Assembly: GCA_016699045.1 (NCBI GenBank)
Contig: CP064957.1
Location: 409,784-473,783 of the forward strand
Length of the DNA stretch: 64,000 bases
Direction: 5' to 3'
From: a bacterium
GTDB taxonomy: Bacteria > Babelota > Babeliae > Babelales > RVW-14
Position numbers and translations under genes: made by a program. The notes under the pieces were generated by a model. That model saw only the letters and a program-made list of their open reading frames with translations, was not told the origin of the DNA and did not search any database. Positions 10,248-19,702 of the stretch are shown here, piece after piece; the first letter of the stretch is position 1; each line of letters begins with the position of its first letter.

Positions 10248-10678
10248 AAGTAAAACATAAATATCTTTGCAAGGCCTTAGCTACCTTGGAAAATGCTATT
10301 GTAAACTTAGAAAAAGTAAAAAAAACAGCACCAAAAGAATACGCCGCCGATCTCGTACATGATCTCGAACTTCATATACGAGATTCCATGATCCAGCGCT
10401 TTGAATACACCATAGAAAATCTTTGGAAATATTTAAAAGATTACAGCTATGAAAAATTTAGAGTTGTACACGAAATTCAAGCATCAAGACCAATTATTCG
10501 CACATGTTGCCAAGCAATGATTATTTCTGAGCAAGAAGCAAGTCTTCTCATTGAAATGATTGATTATCGCAATGAGACCTCCCATCGCTACAAGGAAGAA
10601 GTTGCCGAAATTCTAAGCACCAAGATTGCACACTATTATCCAGCTATTGAAAAAATCGTTCGGCGCCTGAAACCATAA
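10235..10678 (+). CDS. HEPN-domain protein, HI0074 family (nucleotidyltransferase substrate-binding protein; putative toxin)
   Basis: RDSMIQRFEYTIENLWKYLK and the Rx4-6H HEPN motif RNETSH, typical of the HI0074 family paired with an MNT. Confidence 0.85.
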   Translation: MAKIEVKHKYLCKALATLENAIVNLEKVKKTAPKEYAADLVHDLELHIRDSMIQRFEYTIENLWKYLKDYSYEKFRVVHEIQASRPIIRTCCQAMIISEQEASLLIEMIDYRNETSHRYKEEVAEILSTKIAHYYPAIEKIVRRLKP

Positions 10679-10740
10679 AGAACGAATTTTATCTAACGTA
10701 AACTTAAGTAAGCTTCGTACACAAGTCCTGATAATTAAAA

Positions 10741-10771
10741 TGGCCCACAAGTTCTTAGAATTTGTGGGCCA
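10741..10771. terminator. Hairpin terminator, copy 2 of the typA-terminator palindrome (bidirectional)
   Basis: tggcccacaagttc / tta / gaatttgtgggcca, near-identical core to 9807..9839, flanked by an A-run and a T-run. It sits between the convergent HEPN gene and the antiporter gene. Confidence 0.6.
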
Positions 10772-10804
10772 TAATTTTTTTATAAGAAATAAAGATATTT
10801 AAAT

Positions 10805-12435
10805 CTATAGTCGTCTGCTTAACAAAGACAAAATTAAAACATTGCACACAAGCCCAGCGCCAAGCGAAGCGCCAGAGCTTATCAGCCATGAATGGCCGTT
10901 TGCCATCAACACACCGGCAATCAAAAATGCCAAAGCAGTTGAAATAATCGTTGGAAACGTAAGCTCAAATTGTGCACGCACCACATCAAGATGATACGCA
11001 CCCGCACTTGTTGAAGACATTAGCATCGTGTCAGAAATCGGCGAAACGTGGTTGCCCACCACCGCGCCAGAAATGATTGCGCCAATCAACGGATACAAAA
11101 TAGGCAAAGCCGCAACATCAATCGCCCCATGCACCGACGAAAAACTCGTTATCATAGGAACTGCAATCGGTACCAAAATGCCAATGCTACCCCAGGCCGA
11201 ACCCATCGTTGAAGCAGTCAAAACAGCGGTAACAAAAAACATGACCGGTAAAAACGCAAGCGGTAAGTGGCCAATTAAAACATTCGCCAAATACGTGCCA
11301 ATCGCCAAATCATTGATCATTAACTTACTTAATGTCCAAATTAAAATTAAAACAAAAACCGCTTGCCCCATCAATTTGATTCCGTCAACAAAAAGGCCGG
11401 GGATCTCGCGCAAATAAAATTTGCCTTCAATGAGGTAGAGCACCAAGCTGGCAATCAATGCAGCGACCGCACCCACAAATAAGGCCGGCGCTATTTTGGT
11501 TTGCTGCAAGGCCTCAATTAATGAGTTACTGCCACCCATGGCACTATAATTACCAAAATAAAGAATCCCAACAACAACGGCACCAAAGAGAACGCCAATG
11601 GGTAACATAAAATCAATGACAGAGCTTTTTTTCATTGAGTCATGATCAAGATTTCTCACGCGACGCGTAACTGGAATTTTTCCACCAAAAAGATTGCCAC
11701 TTTCAAGCGCTATGTTTTCATGCAATCTGACCAAGCCAAAAGACAAACGACTACTCACCATAAAAAACACAGATGCAACCAAAATGAATGAATAAAAATA
11801 AAGGGAATGACGTGCGTATAAATAAAAAATGGATCACCAACCACTAAAACATCAGATGCACCTGCTGCTGCAACACCAGACGTACGCAGCTGCATGGTAA
11901 TCTCTGCAACCCAACTTGAAACCGGCACGATAACCACCAACGGCACCGCCATCGAATTAACCAGTACCGCCAATTTGACGCGCGGAATACTGAAGCGGTC
12001 GGTAATGGCCTGCATTACCGATCCAACCGTTAAACAACTAAAATAATCATCAACAAAGAAAAAGAGTGACAGAACTAACGATGACCACTCGGCATGCTTT
12101 GGGCTTTTGAGACGCTTGCTCACCGCATCAGCGTAGGCGTACGCGCCACCTGATGCATTAATGACAACAATCAAAATGCCCAAAATTAATAAAAACAACA
12201 CGATAAAAAGATTCCACGTTGCCCAAAATGATTGCCATGAGGTAATGGTCCCCAACTCGGTTCGCGCCCAAATACGAGCGAGAAGTTGCGGCACCGCTTT
12301 CGTTATGGAAAAATCATTAACAATTAACAACGCGGTCAAAATACCAGACAACAGCGAAAATATTACACGCTGCGTCGTTGCTGCCAAGAAAACCACTATC
12401 AACGGTGGTAATAAAACAAGCCATGAGTTCTGCAC
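10805..12435 (-). pseudogene. NhaC-type Na+/H+ antiporter family gene split into two overlapping ORFs (frame disruption)
   Basis: ORFs 11755..12435 (226 aa, N-terminal half) and 10805..11782 (325 aa, C-terminal half) are both polytopic and together have the length and character of one NhaC-family transporter. The frames overlap in the T-rich tract 11757..11834. Confidence 0.55.
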
Positions 12436-12452
12436 ACAATTCCTTTATCTTT

Positions 12453-13337
12453 TTAATTTTCGACCATAACAACGTTATCAACAGGATCAATATAGCCATC
12501 AGCTTCAAGTGTTTCCATAAATGCTGCGAGAACTATGGCACTGATGCCAACAGTTGAACTACATTGAGTCAAATCCGCTACCGTACGATCAAAAGCAGGC
12601 TTCCAATAGTTTGCAGGGCAAGCTTGGTATGGCCAACGCTTCTCGTTATCGTAAATAGCATCTGCTATAAATTTTTTTACCGCAGATTCAACCTGAAGCA
12701 CTTCAACTTTATCACCAAGATTCATTTCTACAAGTTTATCCAAAAATGCATCGCTTTCTGAAGGAAAAAGTGCAAGTAATTCTTTCACAAACCGCCAACC
12801 ATAAGAGCAGTCAATTACTTCAGCAATTTCGTCCCAATACTTACTAACATCCCGAACTTCCCAATAATGTTTAAAAAACTGAGCAATAAGCGTTGTCGTA
12901 GCATCTTCAAAACTTTCCCTCGTAAATTTTCTTTTTTGCGAAGGAGATTTTATCCCACAAGACATTTTCAGAGCTTGAGAAAAAGATTTACTTTGTTTTT
13001 CATCAAAGTTCCCACGAAGACTCAATACACCAGAAATAAAAAGTTCAGCCAGATTTTGAATGTCAGCATTGGTATGTTTAAATTGAAAGCCTACTTTATA
13101 GTGACTATCAAACAGCTCATTTAGCTTATCTATATTGCCCGGCGTAAAAACTTCTTTTGCTAATTTTTCACGGACCTCATGACTAATTCCAACGGCTTGA
13201 GAGGCACAGACTCTTGCAATTCTTTGCTGTTCAAAATTTGCCATCAAATTGGATAGCCCAACTTCACAAAACATTGTAAAAACCAAGAAGCTCATTACTC
13301 TCTTCATTCTTCTCTCTCCCATAAAAAACACACTCAA
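12453..13337 (-). CDS. Hypothetical secreted protein
   Basis: 294-aa ORF. The internal start MKRVMSFLVFTMFCEVGLS (13307) looks like a signal peptide. No known domain. Confidence 0.45.
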   Translation of the reverse strand: MSVFFMGERRMKRVMSFLVFTMFCEVGLSNLMANFEQQRIARVCASQAVGISHEVREKLAKEVFTPGNIDKLNELFDSHYKVGFQFKHTNADIQNLAELFISGVLSLRGNFDEKQSKSFSQALKMSCGIKSPSQKRKFTRESFEDATTTLIAQFFKHYWEVRDVSKYWDEIAEVIDCSYGWRFVKELLALFPSESDAFLDKLVEMNLGDKVEVLQVESAVKKFIADAIYDNEKRWPYQACPANYWKPAFDRTVADLTQCSSTVGISAIVLAAFMETLEADGYIDPVDNVVMVEN

Positions 13338-13488
13338 TTAACGGCTACGTACAAACTATCTCTCAACTATTTTTTAATAAAAAAATTATTTCGAAAAACG
13401 CATGAATATTTTATCAGAAAACTTTAAATTTTTGTAAATATTTTGTATACCTTTATTCACTCTTCAAAAAATTATAATTAGGGATTTT

Positions 13489-13941
13489 GTGGCAACTGCA
13501 ATTAAACGATTAATATTTGACTGTATTAATCAAGAACATCGTTGGAAGATAACGCTTTTACAAAAGTGGGAAGATATCATTGGTCCCATGAAACAAAACG
13601 TTACACTTGAATCTATCACCAACGATTGTATTTATCTTGGCGTCACTCATCCCGCATGGGCTCAAGAGCTCATGATGCTGGCTCCAATGCTCAAAAGAAA
13701 AATTAATACGGTCTTACAAGAAGAGCGTGTTAAAGAAATTCGCTTCCGCATTTTAAAAACAAAAAAGCCGGACCCAACAAAAAAAAACCATCAGGACAAC
13801 AACTCCTTGCAAGAAGATGATCCAAAGCGATACGCTTTGAATAATGATGAATATGAGCACCTTGAAAAAGTTGAAGATAACGAACTACGCGCATCATTAC
13901 AAAAATTTCTTATTCATTGCAAAAAAACAAAGAGGAGTTAA
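13489..13941 (+). CDS. DUF721/DciA-like protein
   Basis: The N-terminal ~90 aa (LLQKWEDIIGPMKQNVTLESITNDCIYLGVTHPAWAQELMMLAPMLKRKINTVL...IRFRI) fits the DUF721 pattern W..ivG..l...t.p..l.dg.L.v.v.s.awaqeL (from memory). GTG start, basic/acidic tail. Confidence 0.45.
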   Translation: MATAIKRLIFDCINQEHRWKITLLQKWEDIIGPMKQNVTLESITNDCIYLGVTHPAWAQELMMLAPMLKRKINTVLQEERVKEIRFRILKTKKPDPTKKNHQDNNSLQEDDPKRYALNNDEYEHLEKVEDNELRASLQKFLIHCKKTKRS

Positions 13942-13943
13942 TT

Positions 13944-15545
13944 ATGAAGTGCTTAAGCACCTTCTTAGTTTTGATACTTGTTTTGGGAATTGAGTCATCA
14001 GCCAAATCATCAATTCAATTGAGTAAAGACACAACCAGTGGCAAGGCAGACCAATACGCACAATTTTTAGCCGCCAATTATCAGTACGGCAAAGGCAATG
14101 TTCAAAAAGCCTTGCAGAGCTTTCGTGCTCTTTTAGCAAAAAAACATTCGCCCTTCGTTTACGATTCATTCATACAACTATTGGCAGATACCGGTCAATT
14201 TGACGTCATAAAAAAACTCTACGCAACCAAAGGCAAAGAGTTCAAAGAACTTTTTAAAGATCAACACGAACATGATTTAATTCTTGCCCAAACGTACGCA
14301 TTTACCGGCCAAGAAGACAAAGCAGAAGATCTATTTCAAAAGCTGCTCAAAAAATTTCCCGACAATCCACAAATCGCTTACTTTACCGCGATGTCGTACA
14401 TCAAAAAAAATAATATCCCCAAAGCGCTCGAATTTCTTGAACAATGCATCAAAAATCCGCAACTTGCACAAAAACATTTTCTCTTTCTCTTTTTGCAATC
14501 AAAAATTTATTTGGATCAAAAAAAATATACCGAAGCCCTGCGCACCATCGAAGCAAGTATAAAAATGTTTCCTCAATTTGATCGCGGTTGGCTGGTCAAA
14601 GCGATGCTGATGGAACAACTGGGCAACACGAAAGAAGCAATCAAAGGCTATAAACATTTTCTCGATTTGACAGGCGGCGACGAACAAATAGAAAAACAAC
14701 TTGTTCAGCTCCTTTTTGTTGAAGAAAAATTTGATGAAGCTGCGTTGTACATGAGCCGCATCAAAAATGATACCCCGCGCCACCATTTTGATCTTGCACT
14801 CTTAAATTTTAGAGCAAAAAAATATGAAGAAGCACTCAAAGCCATCAACAACGTTGGCTAAAGAAGCTGGCTTTAAACAAGCACAATTGCTTAAAGTAGA
14901 AATTTTACTGGCTAATGCCAAACCAAAAGATGCCGTTTCCTTCATGGCCGGCCTGGTCGCCAACGACCCAATGAGCCAAACAACGCTGCACACATTTTTA
15001 TTGCTACGCAAAACAAATGTACCGGTCTCGCTTCTGGCTGATGCCTTACAAGAGCTGGTCTGCAAAATCCTGAAAATCTGCGATTAACATCAGCTCTGGC
15101 CGACCTTCATTTAGAAGCTGGACAAAAAGAGCAAGCGCTCCACGCGTACGAAAAAGTTTATAAGCTAGCGCAACACAACCAATTTAAATCACAAGTATTG
15201 TTCCAAATTGGCTACGTCCATTTTATGAACAAAAATGCCGATAGCGCACGCGAAAAACTTTTGCAAGCAATCCAACATGAACCGGCTTACCCTTCAGCCT
15301 ACAACCTCCTTGCCTATCTTTACGCCGACCAAGGCACCAAGCTTGAGCAAGCATTGGTTTTCGCGAATAAAGCACTTGAAAAAACACCCCAGCGCCATGA
15401 CTATTTAGATACCAAAGGATATGTTTTGTTGAAGCTTGGAAAAAACCAAGAAGCGACAGCCGTGTTTAAAAAGGCACTCGAACTGGCACCCAACGACAGT
15501 ATTATTGAACAACATTTAAAACAAGCAAAGTATGACATCAAATAA
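13944..15545 (+). pseudogene. Secreted TPR-repeat protein interrupted by two frame shifts (three ORF pieces)
   Basis: RBS agaggag plus ATG at 13944, signal peptide MKCLSTFLVLILVLGIESSA. TPR-like sequence continues through ORFs 13917..14861 (frame 0), 14824..15087 (frame 1) and 15042..15545 (frame 0 again). Confidence 0.6.
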
Positions 15546-16581
15546 AAGACCAACCATCGTTCTTGTTGGCGGCGGCTCTGGCGGCCATGTTATTCCCTGC
15601 CTCGTGCTTGGTAAGCGCTGGCTTGCACAATGCCCAGACGGCAACGTTGTGCTCATAACCGACGTTACGCGCCAGCGGCAATGGTTTAACGATGCGCTGA
15701 GCGACATGCCGACCACCAATTTTTCGACTAGTTTTTTATCACTGGCAAAACGCTCTGGCGGTCGTATTAAGCAAATGGTTATGCTGCCGCTCATGGCCGG
15801 GCAGTTGATAGCGGCGGTTGTAAAAAGTTTTTTTGTATTGCGCAAACTTAAACCGGAAAAAATTATTTCTACTGGCGGCTTTGTTTCGCTGCCGGTTTGT
15901 GTTGCGGCCTGGCTGCAAAGCTACCCAATCGAGTTGTATGAGTTGAATGCCGAGCCCGGCTTGGCGGTCATGTTTCTTGCACGTTTTGCTACAACCATCA
16001 TGCTGCCGTTTTCCATTACACACCCAAAGCTACCGGCAAGAAAATGCACAACGTACGATTATCCTCTGCGCTACAGTACGGCAGACCGCGATGATAGTAG
16101 TTTTAATAAACATGAATTTTTACAAACCATTGGCTTTGCTACCAACCGCACCACGTTGTTAATTTTGGGCGGCTCGCAAGGTTCGGTTTCGCTCAATAAA
16201 ACACTCAAAGATTTTTTTGTTACGATGCATGATGCGTCACAAAAAGTGCAAGTGATTCATCAGACGGGCGAGTACGATGCTGCCGGCTGGCAGGAGTTTT
16301 ATCGTGCACGTAACATTCCCGCTCACACGTTTGCGTACCAACAAAGTCTTAAAAATTTTTATCGCGCGGCTGATTTAGTAATCACGCGCGCTGGCGCTGG
16401 CACACTTTTTGAATTATTATTTTTTGGCAAGCACAGCATTGTGGTCCCGCTCATCACTAAAACAACGGCCCACCAACGAGAGAATGCGCTTGGTATCGCG
16501 CGTTTAAAACCTGAATTATTTACGGTTGTTCATGAATTGGCAGAGGTGCCAAAGACGCTTCAGTCCAAACTGATGGCGTAG
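15532..16581 (+). CDS. murG: Undecaprenyldiphospho-muramoylpentapeptide beta-N-acetylglucosaminyltransferase
   Basis: N-terminal VLVGGGSGGHVIPCL and C-terminal ADLVITRAGAGTLFELLFFGKHSIVVPL....HQRENA motifs. Confidence 0.9.
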   Translation: MTSNKRPTIVLVGGGSGGHVIPCLVLGKRWLAQCPDGNVVLITDVTRQRQWFNDALSDMPTTNFSTSFLSLAKRSGGRIKQMVMLPLMAGQLIAAVVKSFFVLRKLKPEKIISTGGFVSLPVCVAAWLQSYPIELYELNAEPGLAVMFLARFATTIMLPFSITHPKLPARKCTTYDYPLRYSTADRDDSSFNKHEFLQTIGFATNRTTLLILGGSQGSVSLNKTLKDFFVTMHDASQKVQVIHQTGEYDAAGWQEFYRARNIPAHTFAYQQSLKNFYRAADLVITRAGAGTLFELLFFGKHSIVVPLITKTTAHQRENALGIARLKPELFTVVHELAEVPKTLQSKLMA

Positions 16582-16919
16582 GGCTCTAATTGCCCAGCTT
16601 GTGCATAAACACGCTTTCCGCGTTTCTTAATGACGTAGCTCAGCGTAGAAGAATCTTGTGAATATTCGGCAAACTCTTCTGGGGTGTATACCAAAATATT
16701 TTTAGCAACATCAACACCAATCAGCGCTTTATGCCCCTCAGCCATCAAAGCATAACGCTGTTGAAGATTGGCATTTTCAACAATCACTAAAATGCTCACG
16801 TCAATTGTATAATCGTCGTTTTCAGGTTCAAGAAGATAGATAGCACGCGGATTATATGTTTTTACGAGACGCTTGTTTATCTCGTTGATCGTGCTTTGGT
16901 CTAATGGCTTGAGGTCCAT
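16560..16919 (-). CDS. MNT-like nucleotidyltransferase-fold protein with degenerate active site
   Basis: C-terminal VDVAKNILVYTPEEFAEYSQDSSTLSYVIKKRGKRVY matches the MNT/KNTase C-terminal pattern. The GS...DxD positions read LLEPENDDYTIDVSILV. The 3' end overlaps murG by 22 nt (convergent). Confidence 0.45.
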   Translation of the reverse strand: MDLKPLDQSTINEINKRLVKTYNPRAIYLLEPENDDYTIDVSILVIVENANLQQRYALMAEGHKALIGVDVAKNILVYTPEEFAEYSQDSSTLSYVIKKRGKRVYAQAGQLEPYAISLD

Positions 16920-16931
16920 GATCTGAATTTC

Positions 16932-17207
16932 TTACTTTTTTAAATCACGATAAAAATTTTCATGCGATCCAAGAGCAACTAATAACAAGCGTACTTCATT
17001 TTCATAAAATTCGTACGCCAACAACATCAGCTGATTAACCATTCTGAATTTATAAACTTGGAGACCATCCAAATCACCCTTTTTCATTTCACCAACCAAA
17101 GGGTTTGCTAAAATCGTACTGACAGCAACATCCAAATCTTTTTTTTGATTCTTGTGCAACTTTTTTACCTGCCGAGAAAAAGTTGGTGTTTGTACAATCT
17201 TAAGCAT
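16932..17207 (-). CDS. RelE/ParE-family type II toxin
   Basis: 91 aa. MLKIVQTPTFSRQVKKLHKNQKKDLDVAVSTILANPLVGEMKKGDLDGLQVYKF...LLAYEF fits the RelE/ParE addiction-module toxin pattern. Its start codon overlaps the antitoxin stop. Confidence 0.75.
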   Translation of the reverse strand: MLKIVQTPTFSRQVKKLHKNQKKDLDVAVSTILANPLVGEMKKGDLDGLQVYKFRMVNQLMLLAYEFYENEVRLLLVALGSHENFYRDLKK

Positions 17208-17431
17208 TATTTTTTGTCAAAAAGATATGGTTCTAAATCTTCTGATTTTGCTTCTTGCTGAGCTATGAGAATATTTTTAATAAACTCATACGTTAAATCG
17301 GGATTCTCTTCAGCAATTTTGCCAATCTTTGCCCAATGCTCAATCTGACCCGCCACCGAACGATTTAAAGCCTTTGAAATTTTCTTGGCTTTAGAAACAA
17401 TACTTTCTGACAATTTAACTGCAGTTGCCAT
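17207..17431 (-). CDS. ParD-like antitoxin
   Basis: 74 aa. AVKLSESIVSKAKKISKALNRSVAGQIEHWAKIGKIAEENPDL resembles the ParD-like antitoxin family. Located immediately upstream of the toxin. Confidence 0.6.
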   Translation of the reverse strand: MATAVKLSESIVSKAKKISKALNRSVAGQIEHWAKIGKIAEENPDLTYEFIKNILIAQQEAKSEDLEPYLFDKK

Positions 17432-17604
17432 GACTTCCTCCTCAAATTTATTGATAACAAGCTCTTATTTGGAGCATATCACAAACGGAAACCTTTTGCA
17501 ACTAATTTCAACCAAAGGGTGCTATTTGCTTACTTTGAAGCCATTCCGAACCATAGAAAAGGGGCCAGCCGCAAACCGCGATCAGCCCATTTCTAAAACT
17601 ATTT

Positions 17605-18633
17605 TTAATGCGAACTGAGCGCTACTTCAACCCAATTCATTGCGTCAGCGTCAAGTAAAAAATCAATATGAATATTTTTCATCAATTCTTCTGCTGGCGA
17701 TGCGGCAGCTTTTGCTGGCAACTGAACCTGTTGCCGCGCCATATCGTGCCACAGCATGGTTCCTAAAACTAAATCTGGCGATGTGCCAACACACTGTTCG
17801 GCCAAAAGACCGCGCCATGCCTGCGCCACTTTTTTGCCGGCAGCACCGTGCGGATCGGCACCAAGATTTTTCTTAATCTCTTGGTACAAACTTTCCCAAC
17901 GGCCAAGCCAATAAAACAGCAGCGCTCGTTGGAACCACAGATTACCTTCTCTGGTCAACGCCAAATCAGAAATATTGCCCACCTGGATGCTGCGTATGAT
18001 ATCAGCATTCAACTTGCGTAGTTGCGCAAGCGTGTCTTTGATTTTTTTATTAATATCAATCAATTGCAAAATAATCTCTTGCGCTTGCGCACTTTCAGGT
18101 TTGCCAAATTTCATCTCATTGATTTGCTCAATTAACTTTTCGTATAACTCAAATTCTTTGGGATGCTGCTTGCGAATCTCAATCCAATCTGCTAATTGAT
18201 TCTTATTAAGATTCTTTCCAGCCCATGTTTTCTTTATTGCTTCGCTCATACGATACCTTTCGATTAATGAAATTAAATCATTCCAATCGGGAATGCCTGA
18301 TGGTCCAAGACGAGCAATGACCGTTTCTAAAGCCTCATGTGCCTGACTCAACTGCGCCGCTTGTTCTTTGAGCATCTCTTGCTGCGCATGCAAATGTTGC
18401 CGAATCCCGAGCTTTTGTTGCAGCATGGTTTTAATCTGATTCAAATCAAAACCAAAAAACTTGAGTGCCAAAATTTGCTGCAACGTTGCCAAGTCTTGCT
18501 CATTGTACCAGCGGTACCCATTGGCCGAGCGCGCTGACGGTTTGAGCAGACCCATTTTATCGTAGTACCGCAACATGCGGACCGATATGTCCGTCAGATC
18601 GCTCATTTCTTTAATACGCCATTGTGCCATCAT
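17605..18633 (-). CDS. MerR-family transcriptional regulator with long C-terminal effector domain (TipA-like architecture)
   Basis: N-terminal MerR HTH IKEMSDLTDISVRMLRYYDKMGLLKPSARSANGYRWY plus coiled-coil dimerisation helix, followed by a ~230-aa C-terminal domain. Confidence 0.85.
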   Translation of the reverse strand: MMAQWRIKEMSDLTDISVRMLRYYDKMGLLKPSARSANGYRWYNEQDLATLQQILALKFFGFDLNQIKTMLQQKLGIRQHLHAQQEMLKEQAAQLSQAHEALETVIARLGPSGIPDWNDLISLIERYRMSEAIKKTWAGKNLNKNQLADWIEIRKQHPKEFELYEKLIEQINEMKFGKPESAQAQEIILQLIDINKKIKDTLAQLRKLNADIIRSIQVGNISDLALTREGNLWFQRALLFYWLGRWESLYQEIKKNLGADPHGAAGKKVAQAWRGLLAEQCVGTSPDLVLGTMLWHDMARQQVQLPAKAAASPAEELMKNIHIDFLLDADAMNWVEVALSSH

Positions 18634-18650
18634 TGTTCCCTTCTAAACCG

Positions 18651-18681
18651 ATCATAAAGTATGACATCGTGTCAGAGTCAA
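18651..18681 (-). promoter_or_regulatory. MerR-type promoter with 19-bp spacer and internal operator palindrome
   Basis: On the minus strand: TTGACT (18681..18676), 19-nt spacer containing the inverted repeat tgaca-tcg-tgtca (18662..18674), then TATGAT (18656..18651). Lies about 17 nt upstream of the merR-like ATG. Confidence 0.45.
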
Positions 18682-18837
18682 CAGGAAAAAAGCTCTTTTT
18701 AACTTTTAAAAAAGCACATAAATTAGCTAACATGCAATTTATGATGCTTTTCCATAGGCCTCTCGCTACAATTTAGAAGGACCTACATCGCCTTCTTCGG
18801 TTAATATAATAATATCTTCTTCAATATCATTTCCACT

Positions 18838-19425
18838 CTAGCCTTGCTCTTCAAGCTGTTTTTTGCCAGCTGCCTGAAGTATTTCCACACAAGCAACATG
18901 ACCTTTCAATTCAGCAAATTGCAAAGGTACTTGGCCATCATTATTCGCAAGAGTAACATCGGCACCATGTTGCATTAGCTCTAAAATACATTCAATATGA
19001 CCTTTTGCTGCTGCATGATGCAAAGGTGTATTGCCGTAGCAGTCTTGCACATTGACATTAGTAAGCGGTCTTTTAAGAAGCTCTTCCAAGCAAATAATAT
19101 AGCCCTTGCGAGCGACCATATGAAGCAGCGTACCCTGATCGCACTCTAGAACATCGGCATCAGCACCATGAACTAAAAGTACTCTCACACACTCAGCCTC
19201 GCCATTAATAACAGCCAGGGACAAAGCTGTATCATCATCCACGTTCTTAGCATCAACATTAATCCCAGGAATTTGTAGATGCTTCTTAACGCTTTTCAAA
19301 TCACCCCGCCAAGCAGCATCGATTAGATCCAACTCAGCCTCTGACGCTTTTTCAGCCGCTGGCATAGCATTGGTTGCACAAGCTAACGCAAGTAAAAATG
19401 ATCCTAAAAATTTTTTCTTCATCAC
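18838..19425 (-). CDS. Secreted ankyrin-repeat protein
   Basis: Signal peptide MMKKKFLGSFLLALACATNAMPA. About four ANK repeats (TALSLAVINGEAECVRVLLVHGADAD, TPLHHAAAKGHIECILELMQHGADV, and others). Confidence 0.9.
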   Translation of the reverse strand: MMKKKFLGSFLLALACATNAMPAAEKASEAELDLIDAAWRGDLKSVKKHLQIPGINVDAKNVDDDTALSLAVINGEAECVRVLLVHGADADVLECDQGTLLHMVARKGYIICLEELLKRPLTNVNVQDCYGNTPLHHAAAKGHIECILELMQHGADVTLANNDGQVPLQFAELKGHVACVEILQAAGKKQLEEQG

Positions 19426-19474
19426 ACAATCCTTCTCCTTACAATCAGCCTCTTTTGAAACTCACAAAAAAACA

Positions 19475-19702
19475 TTACTCATCTTTTTCGTCGCAAAATT
19501 TCAACAAATCACCCGGCTGACAGCTCAGTTCTTTGCAAAGTCGCTCCAGCGTTGCAAAACGAATCGCTTTCGCTTTTCCCATTTTTAAAATAGAAAGATT
19601 CGCTTCCGTAATGCCAACGCGCTCGGCCAATTCATTTAATCTCATTTTGCGCTCTACCAATAATGCATCAAGTTTCACTATAATACTCATAAAAAACCTC
19701 AA
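19475..19702 (-). CDS. Small XRE-family HTH regulator (YozG/COG3655-like)
   Basis: KLDALLVERKMRLNELAERVGITEANLSILKMGKAKAIRFATLERLCKELSCQPGDLLKF. The probable real start is MSIIV at 19690. Confidence 0.8.
   Translation of the reverse strand: MRFFMSIIVKLDALLVERKMRLNELAERVGITEANLSILKMGKAKAIRFATLERLCKELSCQPGDLLKFCDEKDE

Noticed and set aside
9796-10771. The two ggcccacaagttc hairpins interpreted as a MITE or IS terminal inverted repeats.
   Set aside because: They are in direct orientation, not inverted, relative to each other. Each is itself a terminator-like palindrome. The content between them is only a TA pair with no transposase, so this is reported as a duplication footprint instead.
11028-11417. 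A 129-aa plus-strand ORF.
   Set aside because: It is antisense within the NhaC-like transporter C-terminal half, whose product is a convincing polytopic membrane protein.
14824-15087. An 87-aa ORF as an independent gene.
   Set aside because: It has no RBS or signal of its own, and its sequence continues the TPR protein. It is treated as the middle, frame-shifted segment of that gene.
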